A DNA stretch of 64,000 nucleotides. Origin: Chloroflexota bacterium (GTDB lineage Bacteria > Chloroflexota > Limnocylindria > Limnocylindrales > CSP1-4). The stretch lies in the NCBI GenBank assembly GCA_037446495.1, contig JBBIIL010000004.1, forward strand, positions 75,916 to 139,915, written 5' to 3'. The position numbers and the translations under genes were made by a program. The notes under the pieces were generated by a model that did not search any database, was not told the origin of the DNA, and saw only the letters and a program-made list of their open reading frames with translations. Below are positions 31,354 through 40,913 of the stretch, piece after piece (the stretch's first letter is position 1; every line of letters begins with the position of its first letter).

Positions 31354-32580
31354 ATGGACGAGCCCAACCCGCCGGTCGCGCCCGGGCGCGCGCTCCTCGT
31401 CGCTGAGCTCCTGGCCATCGGCACCGAGTTGACTGTCGGCGAGACCACCGACACCAACAGCGGCGAGCTGGCCCGCTCTCTGGTGGTCCAGGGCGTCACG
31501 GTGGCTCGCACCAGCTGTCTGCCCGACCACCTCGAGACCGTGGTGGAGTCGCTGCGGGTGGCCCTGGCTCGCGCGGACCTCGTCATCACAACCGGGGGCC
31601 TCGGTCCGACCCCGGACGACCTGACGCGCGAAGCGGTGGCCGAGGCGTGCGGCGAGACCGTGGAGGTGCAACCCGAGACTCTCGCCTGGCTCGCCGAGCT
31701 GTGGGCCCGTCGCGGGCTCGCATTCCCGCCCTCCAACATCAAGCAGGCGTGGATCATCCCCTCCGCCGGCTCGATCGCGAACCTCCACGGCACAGCGCCC
31801 GGCTGGTGGGTGGACCGGCCGGACGGGCGCGTCATCGTGCTCCTGCCGGGTCCTCCACGGGAACTCCGCCCGATGTGGCACAACCTCGTCCTCCCACGAC
31901 TGCGTGCCCGGGGCGTCGGCGCCGACAGCGACGCCCGCACGCTGCGGCTGACAGGCATCGGCGAATCACAGGTGGTGGAGCGTCTGGGGGAGCCCATCCT
32001 CCGCCGCACGAACCCGGTGGTGGCGACGTATGCGCGCCACGACGCGGTTGACCTGCGGATCTCGGCCCGGGCCGAGGGCGGCCGGACGGCGGGCGAGGTT
32101 GGCGCTGCCGCCGAGGCCGAGGTGATGTCGATCCTGGGCGAGCACGTCTGGGCCCGCGGCGACACCACATGGGCCACGGCGATCGGCCAGGCCCTCGAGC
32201 CTCTGAACTGGTCCCTCGCAGTCGCCGAGCGCGGCAGCGAAGGGGCGCTGGTCACGCTGTTGCGGGGACTCGGCGCGCTCCGGCATGCCGAGGTCGACAC
32301 CGCGGACGCCGGGCTCCGCTGGGCCTCGGCCATCGACGGCGATCGCGAGCTGCGCGAGGCGGAGCGCGTCCGGGCGCTCGCCGGGACCGAGGTCGGGCTG
32401 GCGGTCACCGTCGAGGAGGTGGGCAAGGACACCACGGTCGTCGTGGGCGTGGTGACGCCGCGCGGCCGGCACGCGGAGCGCAGGGTCGCGTTCATGGGCG
32501 GCCGCCAGGGTGCAGATCGCGCGGCGATCGCCGCTGCCGCGGTCCTGCTCTCGTTCGTCCGCGGGCTGGCTGGTCGCTGA
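31354..32580 (+). CDS. cinA: CinA family protein (MoCF-biosynthesis-like N-domain)
   Basis: ELLAIGTELTVGETTDTNSGELARSL...DLVITTGGLGPTPDDLTREAVAEA is the CinA/MoeA-like domain. Length is 408 aa. Confidence 0.85.
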   Translation: MDEPNPPVAPGRALLVAELLAIGTELTVGETTDTNSGELARSLVVQGVTVARTSCLPDHLETVVESLRVALARADLVITTGGLGPTPDDLTREAVAEACGETVEVQPETLAWLAELWARRGLAFPPSNIKQAWIIPSAGSIANLHGTAPGWWVDRPDGRVIVLLPGPPRELRPMWHNLVLPRLRARGVGADSDARTLRLTGIGESQVVERLGEPILRRTNPVVATYARHDAVDLRISARAEGGRTAGEVGAAAEAEVMSILGEHVWARGDTTWATAIGQALEPLNWSLAVAERGSEGALVTLLRGLGALRHAEVDTADAGLRWASAIDGDRELREAERVRALAGTEVGLAVTVEEVGKDTTVVVGVVTPRGRHAERRVAFMGGRQGADRAAIAAAAVLLSFVRGLAGR

Positions 32581-32616
32581 TCCAGGTCGGGTGCGGCCAG
32601 CCGCTGGCCGGCCTCG

Positions 32617-33693
32617 CTAGGTGATCGTCAGGACCGGCGTGGCGGAGTTGGCCGCGCGCACGCTCATCGCTGCCGCCACCAGCCCGGCCATGTGCTCGAG
32701 CGCCTGCGCCGCGGGGCCGGGCTCGCGCTGGGCCACGGCGGGCACGCCAGCGTCGCCGCCCTGGCGGACGGTCACGTCGAGCGGCACCTTGCCGAGGAAG
32801 TCGAGGCCGTGCTGCTGGGCGAAGCGCTCGCCGCCGCCGCGGCCGAAGATCTCAGTCGTCTCGCCGCAGTGCGGGCAGACGAACGCGCTCATGTTCTCGA
32901 TGACGCCCACCACGGGCACGTTGAGCCGCTGCAGCATCGCGAGCGCCTTGGCCACGTCAGACAGGGCGACGTCCTGCGGCGTGGTCACCAGGACGACCCC
33001 GCTGATCGGCACGGTCTGGGCGAGCGTGAGCTGCGCGTCCGAGGTTCCGGGCGGCAGGTCGACCACGAGGTAGTCCAGCTCGCCCCACTCCACGTCGCGC
33101 AGGAACTGGCTGATGGCGCCGCCGATGAGCGGCCCGCGCCACACGATGGGCTGGCCCTCCGGGACGAAGAACTGGATCGAGATCGCCTTCACGCCGTGGC
33201 GCTCGAGCGGGATGATCTTGTTGTTCGCGCTCGCGGTGGGCTGGCCGTCGATGCCCAGCATCATCGGGATGTTGGGGCCGGTGATGTCCGCGTCCAGCAG
33301 GCCCACCGTCGCCCCCGCCTTGGCCAGGGCCACCGCCAGGTTCACGGACACCGTGCTCTTGCCCACGCCGCCCTTGCCGGACGCCACCGCGATCACGTTC
33401 TTCACGCCCGGCACCATCTGCTCCGCGGTGCGCGGCGCGGCGCGGCGGACGGTGGCCGCCCACTCGATCGTCACGCCGGCGACGCCCAGCGGCTGGAGCG
33501 CCATGCGCACCTCGCCCTCGATCTGGTCCTTGAGCGGGCAGGCGGGCGTCGTCAGCTCAATGGTGAACGCGACGTCGGTGCCGCTGACCGCGAGGTCTCG
33601 GATCATGTTGCGGGTCACGAGATCACCGCCCAGCTCGGGCTCCTGGACGGTGCGGAGGGCGTCGAGGACGGCGGCCTCGGAAAGCGCGGGCAT
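32617..33693 (-). CDS. mrp: Mrp/NBP35/ApbC family Fe-S cluster carrier ATPase
   Basis: It has an N-terminal DUF59-like segment (VQEPELGGDLVTRNMIRDL..TTPACPLKD) and the deviant Walker A VASGKGGVGKSTVSVNLA. It also has CPHCGE cluster-ligand cysteines. Confidence 0.92.
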   Translation of the reverse strand: MPALSEAAVLDALRTVQEPELGGDLVTRNMIRDLAVSGTDVAFTIELTTPACPLKDQIEGEVRMALQPLGVAGVTIEWAATVRRAAPRTAEQMVPGVKNVIAVASGKGGVGKSTVSVNLAVALAKAGATVGLLDADITGPNIPMMLGIDGQPTASANNKIIPLERHGVKAISIQFFVPEGQPIVWRGPLIGGAISQFLRDVEWGELDYLVVDLPPGTSDAQLTLAQTVPISGVVLVTTPQDVALSDVAKALAMLQRLNVPVVGVIENMSAFVCPHCGETTEIFGRGGGERFAQQHGLDFLGKVPLDVTVRQGGDAGVPAVAQREPGPAAQALEHMAGLVAAAMSVRAANSATPVLTIT

Positions 33694-33996
33694 GGGCTTC
33701 CTCGCTGAGCGGGACGGGGGCGCCGGCGGGGAGGACGCCGGAACGCCGGACGACGATCCTACCGCCGGTCAGCCAAGGACGCCTCGAGGGGCACGCTCTC
33801 ACGTCCGCCCCAGATCCGATCCCGATGCACCGACGTATCGAGGTTCAGCATCCGGGTGCCACACGGACCTCGCGGAGCATCTGTCGCAGCTCAGAGGGCC
33901 TGACAAGTTCGACGAATCGCAACGTTTTCGACGCCGAGATGGCACGAACTTCGTGGTGACATCTGTCCCGCAGAGCGCATCTCGCACGTGCCAGAC

Positions 33997-34026
33997 ACAG
34001 GCCATTTGACATGGGGCTCCGCAGGA
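33997..34026 (+). promoter_or_regulatory. Candidate sigma-70-type promoter for the pot operon
   Basis: TTGACA (33997..34002), an 18-nt spacer, then TATTGT (34021..34026). It lies ~125 nt upstream of the potA GTG in a locally low-GC region. Confidence 0.4.
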
Positions 34027-34154
34027 CCCTATTGTTCGGCCGCGTTCCCCTACTGTAGTTCGGCAGCCTTTGCGGACAGTTGCGGCGGTTCCGCGAGATC
34101 GGGCCTCAGGTTCGTCTTCCCATTCACGGCAGGCAGATCAGGAGAACTCCGAGC

Positions 34155-35297
34155 GTGGCAGACATCGAGGTCCGTCTCGTCGACGTGACCAAGCGGTTTG
34201 GCGATTTCCTCGCCGTCGACGCGATCAGCCTCGAGGTTCGAGACGGGGAGTTCTTCTCCCTGCTCGGGCCGTCCGGCTGCGGCAAGACGACCACCCTTCG
34301 GATGATTGGCGGCTTCGAGGAGCCCACGTCGGGCCTCATCGAGCTGAGCGGCCATGACGTGACCTGGCTCCCGCCCTACAAGCGCAACGTCAACACCGTG
34401 TTCCAGAACTACGCGCTGTTCCCCCACCTGTCGATTGCCGAGAACATCGCGTTCGGCCTTAAGCGCCGGAACGTGAAGGGGGACGAGGTCAAGAAGCGCG
34501 TCGCGGACGCGCTCGAGCTGGTCCAGCTGACGGGCTACGAGCTCCGCAAGCCCGGCCAGATCTCCGGCGGCCAGGCGCAGCGCGTCGCGCTCGCCCGGGC
34601 GCTGATCAACCGTCCGGCCGTGCTGCTCCTCGACGAGCCGCTGGGCGCCCTCGACCTCAAGCTGCGCAAGCAGATGCAGGTGGAGCTCAAGCGCATCCAG
34701 CAGGAGGTCGGGATCACGTTCATCTACGTGACCCACGATCAGGAGGAGGCGATGACGATGTCCGATCGCATCGCGGTGATGAACAAGGGCCACTACGAGC
34801 AGCTGGGCGAGCCGGAGACGCTCTACGAGCGGCCCAAGACCCGGTTCGTCGCCGGGTTCCTCGGCGTCAGCAACCTGATCCCGGTCAAGGCCGATGGCGC
34901 GGCCGACAACTATGCGGTGCTGCGGCTTCCCGACGGCAACGCCGCCCGGGCCCCGCGGGCGCTCCTCGACGGGCAGAGCGGCCCGGTGGCGCTGGGCGTC
35001 CGCCCCGAGAAGATCCGCCTCAAGGAGCGGACCGAGGACGTCGGCGGCCAGTTCAACCGCCTCCAGGGCGTCGTGCGCGTCGCTTCCTACATCGGCGTCT
35101 CCACGCAGTACATCGTCGAGCTGGGCGACGGGCGCCGAGTCACCGTCTTCGAGCAGAACGCGGAGCGGGCCACCAAGGCCGAGCTGTGGTCCGCCGGCGA
35201 GGAGGTCACGATGACCTGGCTGCCGGAGCACAGCTTCGTTGTCCCGGACGACACCGGCGGCGCCATCGAGCAGACGGGGATCGCCGCAATCGAGTAG
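34155..35297 (+). CDS. potA: Spermidine/putrescine-type ABC transporter ATP-binding protein
   Basis: It has [20 protein letters not shown], the signature [16 protein letters not shown], and [11 protein letters not shown]. The GTG start follows a CAGGAGAA RBS. Confidence 0.9.
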   Translation: MADIEVRLVDVTKRFGDFLAVDAISLEVRDGEFFSLLGPSGCGKTTTLRMIGGFEEPTSGLIELSGHDVTWLPPYKRNVNTVFQNYALFPHLSIAENIAFGLKRRNVKGDEVKKRVADALELVQLTGYELRKPGQISGGQAQRVALARALINRPAVLLLDEPLGALDLKLRKQMQVELKRIQQEVGITFIYVTHDQEEAMTMSDRIAVMNKGHYEQLGEPETLYERPKTRFVAGFLGVSNLIPVKADGAADNYAVLRLPDGNAARAPRALLDGQSGPVALGVRPEKIRLKERTEDVGGQFNRLQGVVRVASYIGVSTQYIVELGDGRRVTVFEQNAERATKAELWSAGEEVTMTWLPEHSFVVPDDTGGAIEQTGIAAIE

Positions 35298-35369
35298 CCA
35301 CAAGCCCAAGCAGGCATCCAGTCCCCCCACCGCCCCTCTTGCAGGGATCGAGCACATCCGAGGAGTCGA

Positions 35370-36641
35370 ATGACAACGAACGGCCAGTTGGCCAGCGCCC
35401 CCATCTCGCGACGCCGCCTGCTCCAGGGCACCGCCCTGATGGGCGTCGCAGCCTTCCTCGCCGCATGCGGCACCAAGGGCACGGCCGCCACCGCCAGCCC
35501 CGCTGCCAGTGCTGCTGTGCCCAGCGCCGCCAGCGCTGCCGGCGCGTCCGCGGCCGCCAGCGTGGCGCCGACCGCGACGCCAGTCCCGACGCCCGCCCCG
35601 ACCGACGCGGCCGGTGCGATCAACTGGGCGAACTGGACGTACTACATGGACGTCGACCCGAAGGACCAGAAGAAGCACCCGACGCTTGACGCGTTCACGA
35701 AGTCCACGGGCCTCCAGGTGAAGTACCAGGAGGTGGTTGACGACAACGAGACCTTCTTCGGCACGATCCAGCCGCAGCTCCAGGCCGGCCAGGACACTGG
35801 CTGGGACATCGTCACGCTCACCGACTGGATGGTGGCGCGCCTGATCCGGCTGGGCTGGGTCCAGAGCTTCAACCTGACCAACATGCCCAACTTCGTGGCC
35901 AATCTCAAGGACACCTACAAGAACGTGGGCTGGGACCCGGACGGCACCCACCACGCGCCGTGGCAGTCGGGCATGACCGGCATCGGCTTCGACCCCGCCA
36001 AGACGGGCAACCTCACCAGTCTCGCCGCGTACTTCACGCCGGATCCGCGCTGGAAGGGCAAGACCGAACTGCTCTCGGAGATGCGCGACACGATCGGGCT
36101 CACGATGCTGTACCTCGGCCTGTCGACGGAGCAGCCCACGCGCGACGCCTGCGACAAGTCGGTCGTTGCCCTCCAGAAGGCGAAGTCGGACGGCATCATC
36201 CGCGGCCTCAAGGGCAACTCCTACGCTGAGGACCTCAAGGCCGGGGACGCCGTGCTGGTCATGGCGTGGTCCGGTGACATGGTCCAGGTGCTGGTGGACA
36301 AGCCGGGCATCAAGTTCAACATCGCGGACGAGGGCGGGATGCTCTGGACCGACAACTCCGTGATCCCCAACGGCGCCCAGCACAAGAACGGCGCCGAGAA
36401 GCTCATCGACTGGTACTACATCCCCGAGAACGCCGCCCTCGTCGAGGACTTCGTGAACTACATCTGCCCCGTGAAGGGCGCGGACGTGGCGCTCAAGAAG
36501 ATCGACCCGACGGTGGCCAGCAACCCGCTGATCTTCCCGCCGGACTCGACCACCGCCAGGCTCCACATCTTCGGCGCACTGACCGAGGCAGACGAGACGT
36601 ACTTCAACCAGCAGTTCGCCAAGGTCCTGGGCGTCGCCTGA
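35370..36641 (+). CDS. potD: Polyamine-type ABC substrate-binding lipoprotein (Tat signal + lipobox)
   Basis: SRRRLLQGTALMGVAAFLAACG combines a twin-arginine signal with a lipobox. An Ala-rich linker follows, then a PotD/PotF-like body (NWANWTYYMD...). Confidence 0.87.
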   Translation: MTTNGQLASAPISRRRLLQGTALMGVAAFLAACGTKGTAATASPAASAAVPSAASAAGASAAASVAPTATPVPTPAPTDAAGAINWANWTYYMDVDPKDQKKHPTLDAFTKSTGLQVKYQEVVDDNETFFGTIQPQLQAGQDTGWDIVTLTDWMVARLIRLGWVQSFNLTNMPNFVANLKDTYKNVGWDPDGTHHAPWQSGMTGIGFDPAKTGNLTSLAAYFTPDPRWKGKTELLSEMRDTIGLTMLYLGLSTEQPTRDACDKSVVALQKAKSDGIIRGLKGNSYAEDLKAGDAVLVMAWSGDMVQVLVDKPGIKFNIADEGGMLWTDNSVIPNGAQHKNGAEKLIDWYYIPENAALVEDFVNYICPVKGADVALKKIDPTVASNPLIFPPDSTTARLHIFGALTEADETYFNQQFAKVLGVA

Positions 36642-36691
36642 CGCCCTAGGGACCCGATCCCCCACCACGCCTTCGAGGGACCCACCGGACC

Positions 36692-37711
36692 ATGGGTACG
36701 TTCCTGAAGCGCCACCGCTGGGTGACGCCGCTGGCGCTGCTGGCGCCCGGCATCCTGTGGCTGCTGGCCTTCTACGCGATCCCCGCCTTCCTGATGTTCG
36801 TGGCGAGCTTCTGGAGCGGGACCCTCGAGACGGGGTTCACGTTCTCGTTGGCCAACTGGACCAACTACCCGGACGCGATCAGTCAGTTCATGCCCTTCTA
36901 CATCCGCTCGATCGTGTACGCGGCGGCTGCCACGATGACCACGTTCCTGATCGCCTACCCCCTCGCGTACACGATCGCGTTCAAGGGCGGCCGCTACAAG
37001 AACCTGATGCTGTTCCTGGTGGTGGCGCCGTTCTTCACCAGCTTCCTGCTGCGCACGATCAGCTGGAAGATCATCCTCGGCGACGTCGGGCCGGTCCTCG
37101 GCCCACTCAAGGGCATCGGCGTGATCCCCCAGGACTTCCACATCCTCGCCACGCCGATGGCGGTCATCGCGGGCATCACCTACAACTTCCTGCCGTTCAT
37201 GACCCTGCCGATCTACGTCGCGCTGGAGAAGGTTGACATCCGGCTGGTCGAGGCGGCGAAGGACCTCTACGCCGGACCTTGGCGGCCCGGCGGCCTGGTC
37301 ACGGGCGGCATCTTCGGCGGCGTGCTGCTGAGCGTGCTGGGCCTGGTGTTCAACGCGGACTGGCCGATCCTCGGCGCGTTCGGGGCCGTCTTCGGCGCCG
37401 TCGTGGGCTGGTTCCTGGTGTCCGAGTCGTTCATCCGGGTCACGTTCCCGCTGTCCCTCTCGGGCGTGTTCGCGGGCGGCCTGCTGACGTTCATCCCTGC
37501 CATCGGCGACTACATCAACGCCGAGCTGCTGGGCAATCCGGACACGAACATGATCGGCAACGTGATCCAGAACAAGTTCCTCACCCAGAACGACTATCCG
37601 ATCGCATCCGCCCTCTCGTTCGCCATGATGGCCGGCGTCCTGGTCGTGGTGGCGATCTACGCTCGGATCCTGGGCACCGAGGAGCTGTCGGCAGCGGCGG
37701 CGAGGGCCTGA
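36692..37711 (+). CDS. potB: ABC transporter permease (PotB-like)
   Basis: It has six or more TM helices and a binding-protein-dependent permease EAA-like loop (LVEAAKDLYAGPW). There is an unusual insertion after the EAA loop. Confidence 0.87.
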   Translation: MGTFLKRHRWVTPLALLAPGILWLLAFYAIPAFLMFVASFWSGTLETGFTFSLANWTNYPDAISQFMPFYIRSIVYAAAATMTTFLIAYPLAYTIAFKGGRYKNLMLFLVVAPFFTSFLLRTISWKIILGDVGPVLGPLKGIGVIPQDFHILATPMAVIAGITYNFLPFMTLPIYVALEKVDIRLVEAAKDLYAGPWRPGGLVTGGIFGGVLLSVLGLVFNADWPILGAFGAVFGAVVGWFLVSESFIRVTFPLSLSGVFAGGLLTFIPAIGDYINAELLGNPDTNMIGNVIQNKFLTQNDYPIASALSFAMMAGVLVVVAIYARILGTEELSAAAARA

Positions 37712-37714
37712 TCG

Positions 37715-38566
37715 ATGACGACCGCCAATCCCGCCCAGCTCGCGGCAGCCCGGCCCGCCCGGCAGGTCATCGCCCGGTTCTTCGACCGATGGTCCCTGAT
37801 CGTCTACACGGCCCTGGCCGTCATCTACCTGCTGATGCCGGTGGCGGTCATCGTCCTGTTCAGCTTCAACGACCCGGTCGGAAGGTCCAACTTCGTGTGG
37901 CAGGGCTTCACGCTCAAGTACTGGATGGATCCGTTCGGTCCGCTGGGCCTCTCGGACGCCGTCATCGTGAGCATCACGATCGCGATCCTGTCCACGGCGA
38001 TCGCCACGGCCCTGGGCACGCTCATCGCCATCGCCCTGGAGCGCTACCGCTTCCAGGGCAAGGGCCTGATGAACTCGCTGATCTTCCTGCCCATGGCCAC
38101 GCCCGAGATCATCATGGGCGCCTCGCTCCTCACCCTGTTCGTGTCCTACGGCTCGCCGCCACTGTTCCCGCTCAACTTCTTGACCATCCTCATCGCCCAC
38201 GTGATGTTCAACATCAGCTACGTGGTGGTCACCGTCCGGGCGCGGCTCGCGGGCTTCCCTCGACACCTCGAGGAGGCCGCCAGCGACCTGTACGCCAACG
38301 AGTGGCAGACCTTCTGGCGCGTCACCTTCCCATTGATCCTGCCCGGGATCGTGGCCGCCGCCCTGCTCGCGTTCAGCCTCTCGATCGACGACTTCGTGAT
38401 CACCAACTTCACGGCCGGCAAGACGCAGACCTTCCCGATGTTCATCTACGCCAAGAGCCGCATCGGCATCCCGGTGCAGGTGAACGTGATCGGAACCTGC
38501 ATCTTCCTGATCGCGGTGGGCTCGGTCGCCCTGACGACGCTCGTGGGGCGGCGGAAGCAGCGCTGA
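37715..38566 (+). CDS. potC: ABC transporter permease (PotC-like)
   Basis: It has the EAA loop LEEAASDLYANEWQTFWRVTFPLILPG and six TM helices. Confidence 0.88.
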   Translation: MTTANPAQLAAARPARQVIARFFDRWSLIVYTALAVIYLLMPVAVIVLFSFNDPVGRSNFVWQGFTLKYWMDPFGPLGLSDAVIVSITIAILSTAIATALGTLIAIALERYRFQGKGLMNSLIFLPMATPEIIMGASLLTLFVSYGSPPLFPLNFLTILIAHVMFNISYVVVTVRARLAGFPRHLEEAASDLYANEWQTFWRVTFPLILPGIVAAALLAFSLSIDDFVITNFTAGKTQTFPMFIYAKSRIGIPVQVNVIGTCIFLIAVGSVALTTLVGRRKQR

Positions 38567-39510
38567 TGGACCCCCTCGCCGTGGGAGCGCGCCCCACCCC
38601 GGCGACACCGCTCGGCGCGGTCGGCATCGAGGAGGCGGCGCGGCTCGTCGGCGCGTCGCCGTCCGCCCTTCGCGAGTGGGAGCGCCAGGGACTCGTCCGC
38701 CCCATGCGCACGAAGGGTGGCGCCCGCCGCTACCTGGCCGACGACGTGGACCGCCTCCAGCGGATCCGCACGTGGCGGACCGTGGACGGGCTCAACGCCG
38801 CCGCGATCCGGCGGCTGCTCGAGGGCGCAGCCCAGGGCGACGCGCCGGCGGGCGGGCGGCATCGGTCGATGGCCGGCGCCAATGCGACGCCCGATCGGGA
38901 CAGGTCGCCTGATGCCGGGCCCGGCGTCCCGGCTCCTGACGCGGCGTCCGAGTCGGCCGGCGCACGGGCGTTGCCAGCCGGCTCCCAGTTGCGCGACCTC
39001 CGCCGGGTGCGTGGCTACACGCTGCGTGAGGCGGCGGCGAGGAGCGGCCTCTCCAGTTCGTTCATCTCGTCGCTTGAGCGCGGTGTCACGGGGGCCTCGC
39101 TCGCGGCCCTCCGCCGGCTCGTGGAGGCATACGGCAGGACGGTGGGCGAGCTGCTCGCGGCCGATGCGCCGACGAGCGGGCGCCTGGTCCACCCCCCTGA
39201 GCGCCGGGTTCTGGACGCTGGGAACGGCATCCGGATCGAGGACCTGTTCGCGGTCCCGACCGCGCTCGAGTCCCAGCTGTTCGTGCTGGCGCCAGGCGCG
39301 TCCTCCGACGGCTACTACCGCCATGTCGGCGAGGAGTTCATGTACATCCTGGCCGGGTCGCTGGGCGTCTGGCTCGACGATCCGCACGAGTTCTACCGCC
39401 TCGAGCCGGGCGACGCGCTCACCTTCCCCTCGACCGTGGACCATCGCATCGCGGCCCTCGGCGCGGTCGAGACCCGTGTGCTGTGGATCAACACGCCGCC
39501 TACATTCTGA
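38566..39510 (+). CDS. Three-domain transcriptional regulator: MerR-type HTH + XRE-type HTH + cupin (PuuR-like C-terminal two-thirds)
   Basis: Its ATG overlaps the potC TGA. Residues ~20-85 read IEEAARLVGASPSALREWERQGLVRPMRTKGGARRYLADDVDRLQRIR (MerR). Residues ~135-190 read LRRVRGYTLREAAARSGLSSSFISSLERG (XRE). The C-terminus reads GEEFMYILAGSLGVWL...GDALTFPSTVDHR (cupin). Confidence 0.8.
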   Translation: MDPLAVGARPTPATPLGAVGIEEAARLVGASPSALREWERQGLVRPMRTKGGARRYLADDVDRLQRIRTWRTVDGLNAAAIRRLLEGAAQGDAPAGGRHRSMAGANATPDRDRSPDAGPGVPAPDAASESAGARALPAGSQLRDLRRVRGYTLREAAARSGLSSSFISSLERGVTGASLAALRRLVEAYGRTVGELLAADAPTSGRLVHPPERRVLDAGNGIRIEDLFAVPTALESQLFVLAPGASSDGYYRHVGEEFMYILAGSLGVWLDDPHEFYRLEPGDALTFPSTVDHRIAALGAVETRVLWINTPPTF

Positions 39511-39581
39511 CCAGGTGGGGCCCGACCCCAGCCCGCGACACCACCCACGCCAGCCGCCCCAGGCCCCAGGAGGACCGCCCG

Positions 39582-40898
39582 ATGACGCAGACCGCACCGT
39601 CCCCCGCGCAGACCTGGCCCGACACCTCGGTTGTGCCGCCGGTCTGGGGCAGGATCTTCAACCTCGAGGTCGAGCGGGGCGAGGGCTCCTGGCTGGTCAC
39701 CCGCGACGGCGGGCGATACCTGGACTACACCTGCGGCATCGGCGTGACCAACACCGGCCACGCCCACCCGCGCGTCGTGAAGGCCGTCCAGGACCAGGCG
39801 GCGAAGCTGCTCCACGGGCAGCAGAACATCGTCTATCACGAGCCTGGCCTGCGCCTGTACGAGCGGCTGGCGCACGTCCTCCCGGGCGGCCCGTGGCAGG
39901 CGTTCCTGTCCAACTCGGGCGCCGAGGCGGTGGAGGCGGCGGTCAAGCTCGCGCGCATCGCCACGGGACGGCCCGCGGTCATCGCCTTCCGCTACTCGTT
40001 CCACGGCCGGACGGCCCAGACGATGGCGCTGACGGCCGCGAAGGACGTCTACCGCGGCGCCTTCGAGCCGCTGCCGGGCTCGATCTACCACGCCGCCTAC
40101 CCGTACTGCTACCGCGCGGCCGGCGGCGCCCACGACCCGGCCGACTGCACCTGCGACTGGGAGGCGCAGCTGGACCTGCTGTTCCACCAGCTGGTGTTCC
40201 CCGACAGGGTGGCCGCGATCATCATCGAGCCCGTCATCGGCGAGGGCGGCTACATCGTGCCGCCTCCGGGCTTCCTGCCGCGCCTGCGCGAGATCACCCG
40301 CGAGCACGGCATCCTGCTGATCGCGGACGAGGTGCAGACCGGCTTCGGCCGCACCGGCGAGCTGTTCGCGGTCCGCCACTGGGACGTCGAGCCCGACATC
40401 CTGGTCATGGCCAAGGGCATCGCGTCCGGGCTGCCGCTGTCGGGGATCATCGCCCGGGCCGACATCATGGCCAAGTTCTCGCCCAGCTCGCACGGCGGCA
40501 CGTTCGGCGGCAACGTCATCGCCTGCGCGGCAGCCCTCGCCACCCTCGACGTCATCGAGGATGAGGGCCTGGTCGCCAACGCCCGGGCTCGCGGCGAGCA
40601 GTTCCTGGCCGGCCTGCGGGCGCTCCAGGCGGTGCACCCCTCGATCGGCGACGTCCGTGGCCTCGGCCTGATGCTGGCCATGGAGTTCGTCAAGCCGGGC
40701 GAGGGCGACGGCCGCGTGCCCGACGCTGCGCTGACCAGGCGCGTCCAGGTTGAGTGCTTCAACCGCAAGCTGATGATCCTGACCGCGGGCTCGTACGTGA
40801 ATGTCGTGCGGATCATCCCGCCGCTGGTCACGACCTCCCAAGAGGTGGACCTCGCCCTGGGGATGATCGGCGAGGCCCTCGACGCCGCAGGCGCCTGA
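39582..40898 (+). CDS. Class III PLP aminotransferase (4-aminobutyrate/putrescine aminotransferase-like)
   Basis: It has an AGGAGGA RBS. Motifs include LDYTCGIGVTNTGHAHPRV, SNSGAEAVEAAVKLAR, IADEVQTGFGRTG, and MAKGIASGLP with the PLP lysine. Confidence 0.9.
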   Translation: MTQTAPSPAQTWPDTSVVPPVWGRIFNLEVERGEGSWLVTRDGGRYLDYTCGIGVTNTGHAHPRVVKAVQDQAAKLLHGQQNIVYHEPGLRLYERLAHVLPGGPWQAFLSNSGAEAVEAAVKLARIATGRPAVIAFRYSFHGRTAQTMALTAAKDVYRGAFEPLPGSIYHAAYPYCYRAAGGAHDPADCTCDWEAQLDLLFHQLVFPDRVAAIIIEPVIGEGGYIVPPPGFLPRLREITREHGILLIADEVQTGFGRTGELFAVRHWDVEPDILVMAKGIASGLPLSGIIARADIMAKFSPSSHGGTFGGNVIACAAALATLDVIEDEGLVANARARGEQFLAGLRALQAVHPSIGDVRGLGLMLAMEFVKPGEGDGRVPDAALTRRVQVECFNRKLMILTAGSYVNVVRIIPPLVTTSQEVDLALGMIGEALDAAGA

Positions 40899-40913
40899 GC
40901 GCATGATCGCGGC

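Noticed and set aside
34050-38608. Very long minus-strand ORFs (872 aa and 716 aa) across the pot operon
   Set aside because: They are antisense shadows of potA/D/B/C with R/G/D/H-rich composition and no motifs. The plus-strand genes carry unambiguous ABC transporter signatures.
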